DNA of 52,547 bases from Octopus bimaculoides (GCF_001194135.2 NC_068998.1:33406101-33458647); one strand, 5' to 3'. Shown: positions 11,883 through 25,025, counted from the stretch's first letter. Made by a program: numbers and translations. The notes: generated by a model not told the origin, from the sequence alone.

Positions 11883-14800
11883 AACTGTGAAAGTGCTTAC
11901 TGTGCGACAGGGCAGGTGAGACCCAATTGAGTGATTCAGTAGGGGGTGCAAAGTGAGAAAGTCCATTGTGGTGAGTATGCAGAAGCTATGTTGGATGCAT
12001 AGAAGCTATTGGAATCTCAAAAGGCAGAAAGAATAAACAGCATGTCTGTAGTCCTGTAGTTGCAACATGTTAATGAGTGAAAATATGCCAGTCAGACAAT
12101 TTGTCTTCCTATCGATGTAATCAAGTTTTTGTGTGTAGACCATATGGGTTAAATACTTTTGAGTAGTTTTTATACATTCCTCTTTGATATAAGTGTCTAT
12201 CTTATTGAAAACACCTTTGTATTAATTCCCTCTGAACTCAATAAAGTATATACTAATAATAAGATTGATTTATGCTGGTACCCTCATACAAATGTGTAGT
12301 CTGTATCAGTGTCAGTAAGCCACTATAACCAGTTATAAGATAATCCATTCAGATTGAGGAGTCTGATGATCATTAAACTATTGAGCAATGGATTAAAAGA
12401 AGCAATATATTATTTAGATTCATTACTCATACTTTTGAGTTCAAGTCCATTTCAGATTAACTTTGCTTTCATCTTTTTGAGGCTTAAAAAAAAGAATGAT
12501 TACTAGCAACAGCAGTGCTGAATATTTGACTAAAGCATTCACAAAGACACAATCATTATCACACATAATTGTATGCATAGCACACACACTCTCACTGCTT
12601 TTGTTCTTTTTTGTTTTTCTCTTATTTATGAATCTATGCTCATTCCTTCTGGCACACACAGAAATGCTAAAGACTAGGTATGGTGCTCTTTCAACAAGCA
12701 GAAAAGCAGGCATAAAGAGAATTATTGTATGTTGGTAGACTACTGCTGTATGGCAGGATCAGTTCAACCATTGAAAATTCATATCCATCTTTTGGTTCCC
12801 ACACCCTTTCATGTCTTTTACCTTATTACTTCTCTTATAATCATCCAATTTGATTTACATCTGTTTTCAATTTTTTTATTTTTTACATATACATAGATTT
12901 GATGAATATTCTGTACAGCAGTTATGTGTGTCTATGCTACATGATGTTTTCTGAAGAGAATTAAAGTTCTCAAGAACCTTGAAATATTCTCATAGCATCT
13001 TAAATTTATGTCAATGCTTAAAAGTACCTGTGTTATCTCCCTTGCACAAATTTGCTGATTGCTTTGATATCCAATCATCTTCCCTGTCATTAATATGTTG
13101 TCACTTTCACAAGATTTCACTTTGTATCAATACATTTATTACTCTGCTCATTATTGTGCAGTTGACCAAATGCTCTGTACTTGGTCATCTTTAGTCAAGT
13201 TTCCATTAACCTTATGCATCTTGTTGTAATATCTGAAATTGTTATATTGGGTTCAAATGTATTATGGAATTATGTTCTTCCTGACACCTGGAGTTTTAAT
13301 AATTGGAATTCAATAATTAAATTGTTAATATTTGATGTTTTATAACTGTTAAAGTTGCATACTAAAACACCAGGTTCACTTATAGAAAAACTTCTGAAAA
13401 AATTAAAAAAGTTATTTCAACATTTAAACAGAAATAAATATATTAAATATTAATGGTTTAATAATACCAGGCTTTCAAAGAGAACAAATATAAATTGAGA
13501 GAGATGAAAATTTAAATGAAAATATATTTATTTTCATATTGATATTTAAATCCGTGTAAATATTAATATTCTACTGACAGTGAAGCAATTAGTTTTATTT
13601 ATTACTCCATATCTCATTCCAAGCTAATTACTTATGCCAATAATAACAGAACTGAACATAATTTTGTCACATATCCAACACCGAAAGATTGATATCAAGC
13701 TTGCATCATCTTGTTATCTCAAAAGTATTGAATATTTCAATACCATTAAAGTCAACCTCATCATTTTACTGCATCTCAACTATGTTTTTGTGCTGGTGCA
13801 CATGGAATGATTTTTGACTTTGAGAAATTTGCTTATGCTGTTGGAATTTTGCTAACATTAGCTATTCAACTATGATTTCCTTTCATTTTCAGAACCACAT
13901 AAATAGAAGTTGTGCTGGTCTGCTACTGTCATAACATTAAGCAAATCTTCTAGTCTACTCTACATAATCTTTCTTATGGGAACAATTAAATGTATCACTG
14001 TAAGCAAACAAATCATTTATCAATTCCAGGCTACTGCTTACAGAAGTGGCTTATACTATCTACAGAATTCACTTGTAGTAAAAAGGAATATGTCTTTGAG
14101 AGCTGTCTTGGTCACAACCATACTCAGCATGAATGATACTGAATGAATCATGAATCTTATGGCTGATTGTCTAACATCACAGACATTTTCAACTTCTCAA
14201 CTTCTCAACTGTGATAAGGGAATTGACAGTTGTTTGCTATACAAGTACACTTAGTAAGTAAATATTTGTCATACATAACATGATGTCTATATGAAGTTCC
14301 AACTCATAATCCTGCTAGTTAGCACCTTAATCTCATATCTGCTATACATCATATGCCTTTACAATGTATGTTGGATTATTTATGGTAGCATATCTCTTTC
14401 AACATTATTTTGACTTATGCTTCCTAATATATTGTATTATATTTGTATTGTATATTTCTTAATTTAAAAAGCAATTTAGTTCACAAGTTTGCTGCAGATA
14501 AATTACAATTCTAGATATTCTAATCAAAAGGATGGTATCCAACTCAGTTAAGTTGCAATGATCCAATGATCCTTTATGCATCTTTCATATAGCATTATAA
14601 ACCAAAAAAAAAAAAAAAAAAGAAAGCTTGGTATGTATTTTTATACTGTACTATTTAATACTTTGTCATCACAGTGTCAGCTCTTACCAAGCAGTCACCA
14701 TCTTTCCTCTCATGAGATCATCTAAACACTACCTAATAAAAATAACTTACTAAACATCTTCCCCCTGTAACAAAAGCTATTTGACTATTCTGCTTCTATA

Positions 14801-15471
14801 AATGATTTTAATTGGTCTGAGCTTCACCAATGACTATTCTTAGTCACAAATAAGTCTCATTGCTGGCCTGTCAGAGATAGCTAAGTAGGAGTTAAATTAT
14901 ATCTTGTTTCCATGTCCCTCACATCCATCATCCCCAAACTCCTAATTCTCAAATGATTCAACAACAACTATGCTGGTGAAGAACATTACCTACTACATAC
15001 AATTGTCACTTATTGGAAGATGTTTCCCAGCATTGCAACAAATGATTGGCGATCAGATCTTGATCAGCAAGCTTTTTTACCATCTGAAATACAGCCAAGT
15101 CTTCTAATTATTGTCATAATGGTCTGTAGTAACTTTTCAGACTGCTCATACCCTTAACTCTTTAATCACAATGAATCATTAAATGGCTCTCCAGCAGAAA
15201 TAGGCAACAAACATAGTAGCTTTAACTCCACACTACATGCACATAAAAGCTACTTTTCTACTTCACCCATTAACTGTGAATACAGACACAATAAAAAGAA
15301 CAAAAGCATTTATTTATCATATAGCAGTTGTTGTTTATTCACTTACTCCCCTTATCTCCACAATTTTTTTACAATATGCTAATGAATGTTTTTTTTTTTT
15401 CAAGAATTAAGATATACTAAGAAAGAATATTAGTTCTGTGGAAGAAAACATATTTTTTTTTAATTCCTTTA

Positions 15472-15843
15472 TTCTTTTACTTGTTTCATTCATTAGACTG
15501 TGGCCATGCTGGAGCACCACCTTGAAGGATTTTAGTTAAACAAATCGACCCCAAGACATATTTTTTTAAAGCCTAGTACTTATTCTATCAGTTTCTTTTG
15601 CTGAATCACTAAGTTACAGGATGTAAACACACCAACACCAGTTGTCAAACAGTGATGAGGCAACACACACACATATATATGATGGGCTTCTTTCAGTTTC
15701 TTTTTACCAAATCCACTCACAAGGTTTTGGTTGGCCTAAGGCTATAGTAGCAGACACTTACCCAAGGTGCCTTGCAGTGGGACTGTACCCTGAACTATGT
15801 AGTTAGGAAGCATGCTTCTTACCACACAACCACTCCTGTGCCT
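15472..15843 (-). mobile_element. tRNA-derived SINE family 1, near full length
   Basis: Reverse complement of the 24390-24797 copy; head ..GGAGTGGTTGTGTGGTAAG, tail ..CAAGTAAAAG. Confidence 0.88.
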
Positions 15844-15899
15844 ATATATTGACATATTGTAAACAAATTACAGAGATGAAGGGAGTAAATTAATAAACA

Positions 15900-16190
15900 G
15901 CAAATGCTTCATGAGATGTAATTTGAGAATGGAGCAGAGTGAATGATGTGATCACAGAGTACCAAAAATATGACCTCTGCTGGACTGGACATGTCACAAG
16001 GTTTACAGACAATGGGTGGACTTGTGTTGTCATCAAATGATACCAAAAAGATTGGGAAAGGCTACTTAGAAGGCTTCGACGGTGATGGGAAGATGATTTA
16101 GTCAAGAAATTTTGGTCAAGATGGAAAGGAATGGCACATTATGAACAAAATTGAAAGCGCATTGTGACCAGTGAGATATAACAGCTTCTG
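15900..16190 (+). pseudogene. RTE-clade LINE C-terminal fragment
   Basis: Translation WSRVNDVITEYQKYDLCWTGHVTRFTDNGWTCVVIK*YQKDWERLLRRLRR*WEDDL matches the RTE C-terminal WAGHV.R..D.RWT...RW.DD pattern. Confidence 0.8.
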
Positions 16191-17124
16191 ATGATTTGGC
16201 TGATACTGTGATAATGTGATGTCTTCTTCCACAGAAATAATATTCTTTCATGGTATATATTCCATACATCATATTTTATGTATGGTACATAATTTACGAG
16301 CTTATAGTTCCCAAATTTATTTTCTTTTGTAAAGTACTTTATGCACTGTTCATTGTTTCTGATTAGATTGTAGTAATTCACATGTGGAAAACATGCTAAG
16401 AAGAGAAAATGCTTCTTGATTATAATATCATGAATAATTTGCTAAGAATGATTTTGATATTAGATATTGTGTTGTTTTTTGCTTTTGGTTTCCATTTCTG
16501 TTTCATTTGTAACTTATTTGTTAAGAGAAAAGAATTTTGTCATAGTTACTGTTCTGTACAAAATGAATAAATAAATGAAAGAATAGGGAAAAAAAAATAC
16601 AAAGATAACAAGATAATACTGATGTATAATTTGCCAAGAGTGTGTAGAAATAATTAATAACTATAAACATAATCTATTTAGAATCTTACACAAACTGTTT
16701 TCTTGCAAATTTATGACAACATCAAACTGCTGTTTAAAAAGCTAAAACATTACTCACATTGGATATTTTCACTGTATTCTTGGAATTGCTGAAACTAAAT
16801 AAAGTTGATTTGGCGCGAGAATTCCTTGTATCAGAAATAGTTTTCTTGTGTTGTTCTTTCTAATTTCTACACTCATTTACCAGATAATTTTTTTGGTTCA
16901 GATGAACCATTACCATTCCAATTTCCCTCTTCTTACATGCTGCATCAAAATTGAAATTACTTTCACTTATCTTTTTCCTCTTCATTCCGTTGATACTCAT
17001 TAGCATCCCCCTAATCATCATCAGTTGCAGCATGCTATATTCATGGCCATTTAAATACATTTTAAAACATTTTTCTTTGTCTCACACATATATACATGTA
17101 AATGCATATGAATGTGAGCATACA

Positions 17125-17194
<70 letters not shown>

Positions 17195-17215
17195 TATATA
17201 AATATATATATATAA
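17125..17215. repeat. (TA)n(CA)n microsatellite
   Basis: Directly visible. Confidence 0.9.
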
Positions 17216-17959
17216 CAGAAAGTTTGTGGAATTCATTTAATTTTCCATCTGAAAAATTTCTTTATTTTTACTGGCTTTTGTTATTTTTTCTCATATATTC
17301 ATTACTCTAGAAAGCTATGTGCTTAAACAATTGTTTCCAGAATACTTTTAGCTGTATTTTAAATTCAGATTGGTTTCATTCCAAATCTGTGTAAACATTT
17401 TTTCTGTTTCCATATGAAGCACTTCTGTATTTTTTATGATTTTTACCATGTTTATATTTTTAGTTTAAGCCAATGTTTATTTTCTTTGGTTGTGTTGTTT
17501 TATTTTGTCTATAATTGATTTTTTTCATCTGCCTCCACCTTCTCCTCTCTTGCTGTTCACTTAAATTTTTCTCATCTTCCTCAAACATTAATGTGTTTAA
17601 TTTAAAATATAGTTTTTAATTTTTGTCTCTTTTGTTTGCTTTTGATTGCTATCTTCTAAATGGACAAAATTGCTATCTTGCAGAGTACAGCAAATTCCAA
17701 AATTGCTCAAATATCATTATCTCTATTTAATCATAACTATTATTTGCCTTTGTTTAGTTTTCATGGTAAAAAAAAGCAACAAAGAATAAAAACCATTCTC
17801 TTCCCCCTCCTCCCTCTATTTTCCTCTTTCTTCAATCTATTCACATTTTTCATTCATTACCATGTGCCTATAAATGCATGTTTGGTTGTTATTGTGTATT
17901 TATTTGTTCATACACAATTTCTCTCGTTTTCTCCACTTTTCTCTTTCACATGCACGCTC

Positions 17960-17984
17960 ACACATATGTATGTATGTGTGTCTA

Positions 17985-18028
<44 letters not shown>

Positions 18029-18123
18029 GAGAGAGAGAGAGAGAGGTAGATAGATAGATAGAGAGATACATAGATAGATTGATAGATAGATAGATAGTTT
18101 GATTGATTGATTGATTGATAGAT
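17960..18123. repeat. Compound (TG)(TA)(AG)(GATA)(GATT)n microsatellite
   Basis: Directly visible. Confidence 0.9.
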
Positions 18124-18439
18124 ATTCACATGCTTGCATATATTCATCCATTTCAATTTTGTGCAGCAATTTTCATCATATAGGGAAATTTTTGTTGCCC
18201 TCTGCTTCGTCTTTTTATAAAAGTTATTAAAGTTTCATTAAATGTTTCCAAAACCAGTTGGCACAAAATATGTTCAACCAGAAGTGCATTCTGATACGAA
18301 TCAAAAAGTATTTATATGATAAGGTGTAAAATGATAAGGTGTTCTGGCGACGTCAGTTGACTTTTATTTCTCCTCTTTTCAGGAACAGCTTGATATATGG
18401 GTGAGCAGTTAACAGTATTAGAGAGCATAAAAATTAAAG

Positions 18440-18980
18440 TTGTATTTGAGAAAATGTTTGCTGATACAAGGGGACTGGAAGCCTTCTAAATATAGGGAAA
18501 AGTTACCTGTGTCATGATGATTCATGCCAAGTATCAAAATGTTGACATCATGACTGCTGCTCAATGCTCTGTGAACATTGTAAAGGAGTTCATCCACACA
18601 CCAGAATTCATCCAACATCTGTAGGACAAGGTGAATCAGACAATTATGTAGCTGCTGGAGACTGTTGTCAATCTCTGGCTGGAGAGAGTGACTACTAAAA
18701 GACCATATGTGTGGTAGCAAGGTTTGGCTCTTTCCCATATCTCTAGAAAAAGTCAGAAGTGGTTTTCAGGGAATTTCAACAGCTTCACTGGCCTCGTTTT
18801 CTGGCCTCCGAATCCTCCCATTGTAACTTTGTGGGTTTTTGTGTGGGCTGTGGTTGAGAGAGACACCAACTACTCTGCCTGCAACACCAGAACCTGGTGC
18901 AATGATCTTGAGACTAGTTTAGAAGCTCTGAGTGGCTGCTTTCAGTTAGATTTCTAAGTTAGGACACTGAGAAATAGAAA
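18440..18980 (+). pseudogene. Decayed Tc1/mariner (maT/DD37D-like) transposase C-terminus
   Basis: ..VTTKRPYVW*QGLALSHISRKSQKWFSGNFNSFTGLVFWPPN...VWAVVERDTN resembles PY.FQQD.AP.H...WPPNSPD.NPLD..VW..VER. Same type as 42336-43499. Confidence 0.75.
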
Positions 18981-19009
18981 CAGAAAATATTATTGTATGT
19001 GCTTTAGTT

Positions 19010-19230
19010 AAAGCAGTGAGTAGGCAGAATCATTAGCATGCCAGGCAAAATGCTTAGTGGTATTTCATCTGCCACTATATTTTAAGTTCAAATTCTGCTG
19101 AGGTCAACTTTGCTTTTCATCCTCTTGGGGCCAATGAATTAAATATCAGTGAAACACTAGGGTCGATGTAATCAACTAGTCCCCTCCAGCCAAATTTCAG
19201 GCCTTGTGCCTTTAGTAGAAAGGATCATTA
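19010..19230 (+). mobile_element. SINE family 2
   Basis: Contains GTCAACTTTGCTTTTCATCCTCTTGGGGCCAATGAATTAAATATCAG and ends AAATTTCAGGCCTTGTGCCTTTAGTAGAAAGGATCATTA; reverse copy at 34525-34700. Confidence 0.8.
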
Positions 19231-19413
19231 TGTGTGCATTAGGTATAGGCCTGAACATGTTGGTAAGTTAGCTTGGCAACTGTTTGGTTTTATTTTGGAA
19301 TTCACATAATTGTAGATTCTACAGCATCATGCACAAGCCTACTTTTACATTCTTGGGCTGACCAATACATTGTGAGTAAAATTTGACTGACAGAAACTGC
19401 AGAAGCCCATCAT

Positions 19414-19446
<33 letters not shown>

Positions 19447-19787
19447 NNNNNNNNNNNNNNNNNNNNNNNNNNNNNNNNNNNNNNNNNNNNNNNNNNNNNN
19501 NNNNNNNNNNNNNNNNNNNNNNNNNNNNNNNNNNNNNNNNNNNNNNNNNNNNNNNNNNNNNNNNNNNNNNNNNNNNNNNNNNNNNNNNNNNNNNNNNNNN
19601 NNNNNNNNNNNNNNNNNNNNNNNNNNNNNNNNNNNNNNNNNNNNNNNNNNNNNNNNNNNNNNNNNNNNNNNNNNNNNNNNNNNNNNNNNNNNNNNNNNNN
19701 NNNNNNNNNNNNNNNNNNNNNNNNNNNNNNNNNNNNNNNNNNNNNNNNNNNNNNNNNNNNNNNNNNNNNNNNNNNNNNNNNNNNNNN
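19447..19787. other. Assembly gap flanked by (CA)n
   Basis: Run of N. Confidence 0.99.
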
Positions 19788-19858
<71 letters not shown>

Positions 19859-20982
19859 CGTGTGTGTGTGTGTCTATTTGTATATGTGCACACGTTTGTC
19901 ATGTGTATGTTTACACAAGCCTGAAAACTAGTGTTGTCTATGTTGAGTTCCTGTTTATTATATAGTTAGCAGTTCAACAAACAGTCTGATAAAATAAGTG
20001 ATCAACTAAAACTCTTCAAGGAAGTGCTCCAACAGCACTGCCTTGAAGAATTCAATGCAGACATTTAAAAATATTAAAGAATCTCTGTGAGTACCACTGA
20101 AAAATAGAATGTGTATAAGCTTTACTGTGACTGTAGACCAGCTCAACTCTGTCCACATAAACCTATAGCTCAAAGCTATCTGAACATTTGAATAGAAACT
20201 TTAGTTAAGATTCTGTTATCTTCATTATGGGACATATTACCATGGAATATGCAGTATGTATTGTATAACCTATTTGAAAGATGATAAGAAATTTGATTAA
20301 AGAAATTCAACTACTAATTTGTGTAGGGTAGCATAGTTTTGTAGAAACATTGACATTGGGTTGCTACCCTCAATAGACCTCACCACTACATGTATTAAGA
20401 CTCAGTTTCTAGTGCAGTAAAGTGTGGGATTTTATTACATGCAGATGTAAAAGAAGTAAGTTTCAACAGCTGTCTGCAACTCATAAGTGGTATCTTACTA
20501 AATAGTTATCCTGAGAATTGTCATCAGTCTTAAACTCTCTACGAAAGAAAACACATTGGAGCAGAATGCCATATATTAATCCACTGAACCATGAACTTAT
20601 AAACCATAATTCATTATCAATATGAAGTAAGTACAACTGGCATTGTAATCTCAGTGATGAAGAATAGTTATCATCTCAATGACTAACTCTAGTGAAAAAC
20701 AAACATAAAGGGAAAAAACATTTTTATATCCATTTTTCTCTGCTAGTATGAGTTAGATGAAATGTGATAAAGTATATTTTATATGGCTAGATGCTCTTCC
20801 TCTTGCCAAACCTTATCTATTTTTCAAGTGAGGTAGTTTTATTTCATTGATCATCAGATGTTGAAAGCTAACCAATCCTTGAAACTCTGGAACTCTAGTT
20901 TGTGAAAGAATTTTAAATCTTTACTCAAGTAATATAAATGAGTGCACACAGGAACATTTACACACATACACATTTACATTCA

Positions 20983-21020
<38 letters not shown>

Positions 21021-21574
21021 TATGCATATATATACACATGCACACATACATAATGAGCTTCTTCTTGGATATGTTTAATTTTCATAAAGAAGTGATGAAT
21101 CTCTGCATGAGTATGATTCCAGTCAATTGAATATATCTATTCTATTGTTTCTAACATGTGCACACAAGCTAAAATTTAGGGAAAATGGAAAATCAACTGT
21201 ACTTGACTGGCACTTTAATATGTCAGGCCACCTCCACCACCAGAAGGAAGAAACAAAGTTGATAGCAGCAGGATTCAAACACAATGTAAAACAAGCACTG
21301 CAGAATATTTTGTCTGCTGTTCTAACAATTCTGTCACTGTACCACTCTACTTTGCATATCTATGATACACCCATTCTTATAGTTAATTTAACTGAGCTAC
21401 AAAAGTTGGTGGAATATCCACAGGCTTAATGGTAGGGTTGGAGTAGAAAAGAACTGACTGAATGCAATTGGACATACTACTGATAACTAGTTTATGTCTT
21501 GAATGAAAGATAAACATGATTTCTGAATGATTTGAACAGAACATGGAAATATGAAACTAATTATTGTGCAGTAT

Positions 21575-21750
21575 GATTTTGTTGTTAAAATGTTTTCTTC
21601 ACAATCAAATAACACCAGGTTCAATTCCATTGCATGGTATCTTGAGCAAATGCATTGTACCATTACTTCTGATTGACCAGTGCCATGTGAGTGGAAATTT
21701 GGTAGGTGGATACTGTGAAGTATCATACATACAAATACACACACACACAC
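21575..21750 (+). mobile_element. Old, diverged SINE family 1 head fragment
   Basis: CAGGTTCAATTCCATTGCATGGTATCTTGAGCAAATG...GTGAGTGGAAATTTGGTAG aligns loosely to 24440-24535. Confidence 0.55.
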
Positions 21751-21869
21751 AAAGAATATAAGGATAAAAAGCACGTTAATGATTTTTATCAAGTAGCCAG
21801 TGTGCTATAAAAATTTATAAGCAGTTAATACATTAAATTAATAATAATGTACATTTGTATATAATTATA

Positions 21870-22139
21870 TCAAGGGAGATGGCAAAAACGACCTGTCTCC
21901 AGCATGCTTGAAGTGTCAATACCTTCAAAAAACGACCAAAAACTCCAGCTGGAGTAGTTGACAAAGGAAGAAAGCTTATTGTTTGCTTTCATTCAGAATT
22001 GGAACAAATTCACAATTAATGTGAGGTCTTTTTAATATACAGCCATGTGTATATTTAGCTGGAGTTTTTGGTAGTTTTTTGAAGGTATCAGCACTTCAGG
22101 CATGCTGGAGACAGGTTGTTTTCACCCTATCTCCTTTGA
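21870..22139. mobile_element. MITE with about 80-bp terminal inverted repeats and TA duplication
   Basis: Left arm 21870-21950 and right arm 22057-22139 are close reverse complements (..ACCTGTCTCCAGCATGC(T/C)TGAAGTG..ATACCTTCAAAAAAC..ACCAAAAACTCCAGCT). TA at 21868-69 and 22140-41. Confidence 0.85.

Positions 22140-22147
<8 letters not shown>

Positions 22148-22205
<58 letters not shown>
22148..22205. repeat. (TA)n microsatellite
   Basis: Directly visible. Confidence 0.95.
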
Positions 22206-22209
<4 letters not shown>

Positions 22210-23890
22210 TCTATGTGTGTGAGTGTGTATGTATGTGTACATTTGTATGTGTCCTGGGTGTGTAATAAACATTGTTGAGGAAAAAACAATGCTTTAAGAA
22301 ACCTTTGAAGTTGTACATTCCACACATATTCACAGATTGCTCTTGTTATGGTACAGTAAATGCAGTCATCCAGTAATTGTTTCATTAGAAACCAGTATCC
22401 AATGGTACTATTTTTCATTATATGTGATATAAAATAAATAAAATAAAATTTTGGCCAATGAGTTTGTCAGGTAACTCAATCACCCTGTTTTGTGGTTTCT
22501 CTTGATTCTCAGAGAACCAATTATTCACAGGGACAGGAAGTGGCATTAATTTAAATGAACACCAGTACTTAACTACTATATTTCTTGCACTTATTGATGT
22601 TGAAGTAATGAAAATTTTATTCAAGCTGAATTTAAGCTGATAGCATAAACATATGAGAGGAAATAATGAGAGAAATTTATTAGTCTACTATTCTCTACTC
22701 TCTTGTCAACTCCACTGCATTCTATTTCTGATTATTAGGAATATTGACTCCATAAATGATTAAATACAAACATTAATGATATAAATAATTACAAAAGCCT
22801 TTATACAAGACATTAATCAAATCTGCATCATTTTTCCTATCTACAAACAAGACAAACTTAAGCTTAGACATTGAAAGATGTGATTTAACCAGCCTTTATG
22901 TCTGGATATTAACAACATTTACATAATGTTGTCAAAATTGGAATTCAATCTTTATTTCTTGGCTTAGTTTCATATAAATCTATGCAAATGAAATTTATAT
23001 TAATGCAAATTGAAGAGAAAACTTTCAGCTGTAAACTATAAGAGCAAAATGAAGAGGAAAAAATCAGAAACAAATGGATTAGAAGAGAAGTAAAATGAAA
23101 GATAAATTCATTAATATAATTTCAAAAGTAAAAAAACAAAACAAAAAAAAATGAATAAAAAAATCTACTCTTACACATCAAAAGAACAAAATAAGGTTTT
23201 AATGAAGCAATGTTAATTGCAAATTTATTTAAAACTTTATTTTTTCCTCTTTCATTTTTAATGTTTTGGAAAATTTGTCTTTAAAATTACCATATTATGA
23301 AAGTTAAAATGGAAAACTGAAGAAAAAGTTATGTTAAACAAATTAGTCTCTAGAACTATTGTTTTGGGTTGGTTTTACTCTGGTATAATTATTGTTCTTA
23401 TCAGGGTCAAATGTCTTTCAGTTAAGTAAGGTAGCTTTAAAGTGGTGCATAACTGTACTGGGGGAGTTTTATCTAGGATTTCACTTATTAATATGTTAAT
23501 GGTAACAGCATCATTGGTAACAAATTTTCAATGATCCATTTCAGTGCATTGCAGCTGTAGCTGGATGCCAAAGAAATACTTCAAACACTTTGTAAAGCAG
23601 TTTTTTTTGGTTATTTTTGTTACCAATGTTCATATCTGTTGTCAACATTTACAAGTAAAACATAGAGAAACACATTTAACTAGAAATATATATATTAAAA
23701 CAGATAATGAAGAAGCAAAATATTTGGCATAATTTTAAAGCATTTAATTCATAGTGCAGAATAGTTATAGAAAATATGTAATGACTCTTACAACTGTTTC
23801 TAGAATAGTTAAGCATGTGGAATCATATGTTATTTGGTAAAGAGTTCCATGTAAGCTAAGTAGTTAGTGATCAGAGAAAGAGAAATAAGA

Positions 23891-24087
23891 AATGTAGAAA
23901 TATAGAGTATCCTTCATTGAAGATATTAGTAGTTACCAGTTCAAGAAACCAAGGAATGTATTTGACAAAGAGGTTAAAGGGATGTATATGCATGTGTGTG
24001 TTTGTGTGTGTACATCCCCTAACCCATATGTCAAACACACCCTCAATGTAGAAATATAGAATATCCTTCATTGAAGATATTAGTAGT
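23891..24087. repeat. 43-bp direct repeat pair (23891-23933 and 24045-24087)
   Basis: AATGTAGAAATATAGA(G/A)TATCCTTCATTGAAGATATTAGTAGT, one mismatch, 111-bp spacer. Confidence 0.9.
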
Positions 24088-24389
24088 CACTACACAGGAA
24101 ATCTCTTCCTACTCTCATATGTTTCCCACTCTATCCCTCCTTCATACAATAATATACTCATCCCAGGCCTTCCAACTCAAATCTGATTCACTTTCTATTC
24201 AAAGATGGAACTAGTAACTTCTATTATCCTTTGCCAGGGATTTTCCTCGAAACTTCACCAATGGAACGTGAAACACTTTTGACCCAATAACACATGGTCT
24301 GCATGTTCAGGTATTCTAGAAACAACTGCAGGAGACTTTACATATTTTTTATAACTATTCTGCACTATGTGTGCAGGAATGGCTTTATA

Positions 24390-24797
24390 GGCACAGGAGT
24401 GGCTGTGTGGTAAGTAGCATGCTTACCAACAACATGGTTCCGGGTTCAGTCCCACTGTGTGGCACCTTGGGCAAGTGTCTTCTACTATAGCCTCAGGCCA
24501 ACCAAAGCCTTGTGAGTGGATTTGGTAGATGGAAACTGAAAGAAGCCCGTCGTATATATGTATATATATATATATATGTATGTGTGTTTGTGTATCTGTT
24601 TGTCCCACCACCATCGCTTGACAACTGATGGTGATGTGTTTACGTCCCCGTAACTTAGCGGTTTGGTGAAAGAGACCGATAGAATAAGTACTAGGCTTCC
24701 AAAGAATTAGTCCTGGGGTCGATTTGCTCGACTAAAGGCGGTGCTCCAGCATGGCCACGGTCAAATGACATAAACAAGAAAAAGAGTAAAAGAGTAT
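24390..24797 (+). mobile_element. tRNA-derived SINE family 1, full length
   Basis: A-box-like TGGCTGTGTGG and B-box-like GGGTTCAGTCCC; CORE-like block GGCACCTTGGGCAAGTG; internal (TA)/(TG) tract; 3' GGTGCTCCAGCATGGCC...GAGTAAAAGAG tail. Several copies in the window. Confidence 0.92.
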
Positions 24798-25025
24798 GTT
24801 TATATTATAAATTGAATGTTCTAGAATTATGCCAAATATCAGTTTTAATGTATATCTACTCACTCAATGATGAAGCACTTCTAACTGCCTTTGATAGGCA
24901 ATTTCAACACCGCATTTATCAATTGCAGTTCAAGCTAGAGTTTTAGTGGTAAACCAAACTGAACACTCATCCTACATACCTATTACATTACATCAACTGA
25001 AGAAAATATTTTGCATATATGCTAG

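Noticed and set aside
14700-15330. Possible ancient LINE RT remnant
   Set aside because: Only scattered motif-like words in different frames.
21190-21430. Possible piggyBac C-terminal remnant (LTG.HF, PPPPEGR, VPLYF, end AGGC-TTAA)
   Set aside because: Needs several frameshifts, the cysteines are not preserved, and no catalytic domain or left end was seen.
22440-22625. Possible hAT dimerisation-domain relic on the minus strand (..PVP..FS..LPDKL..)
   Set aside because: Similarity too weak to support without a profile search.
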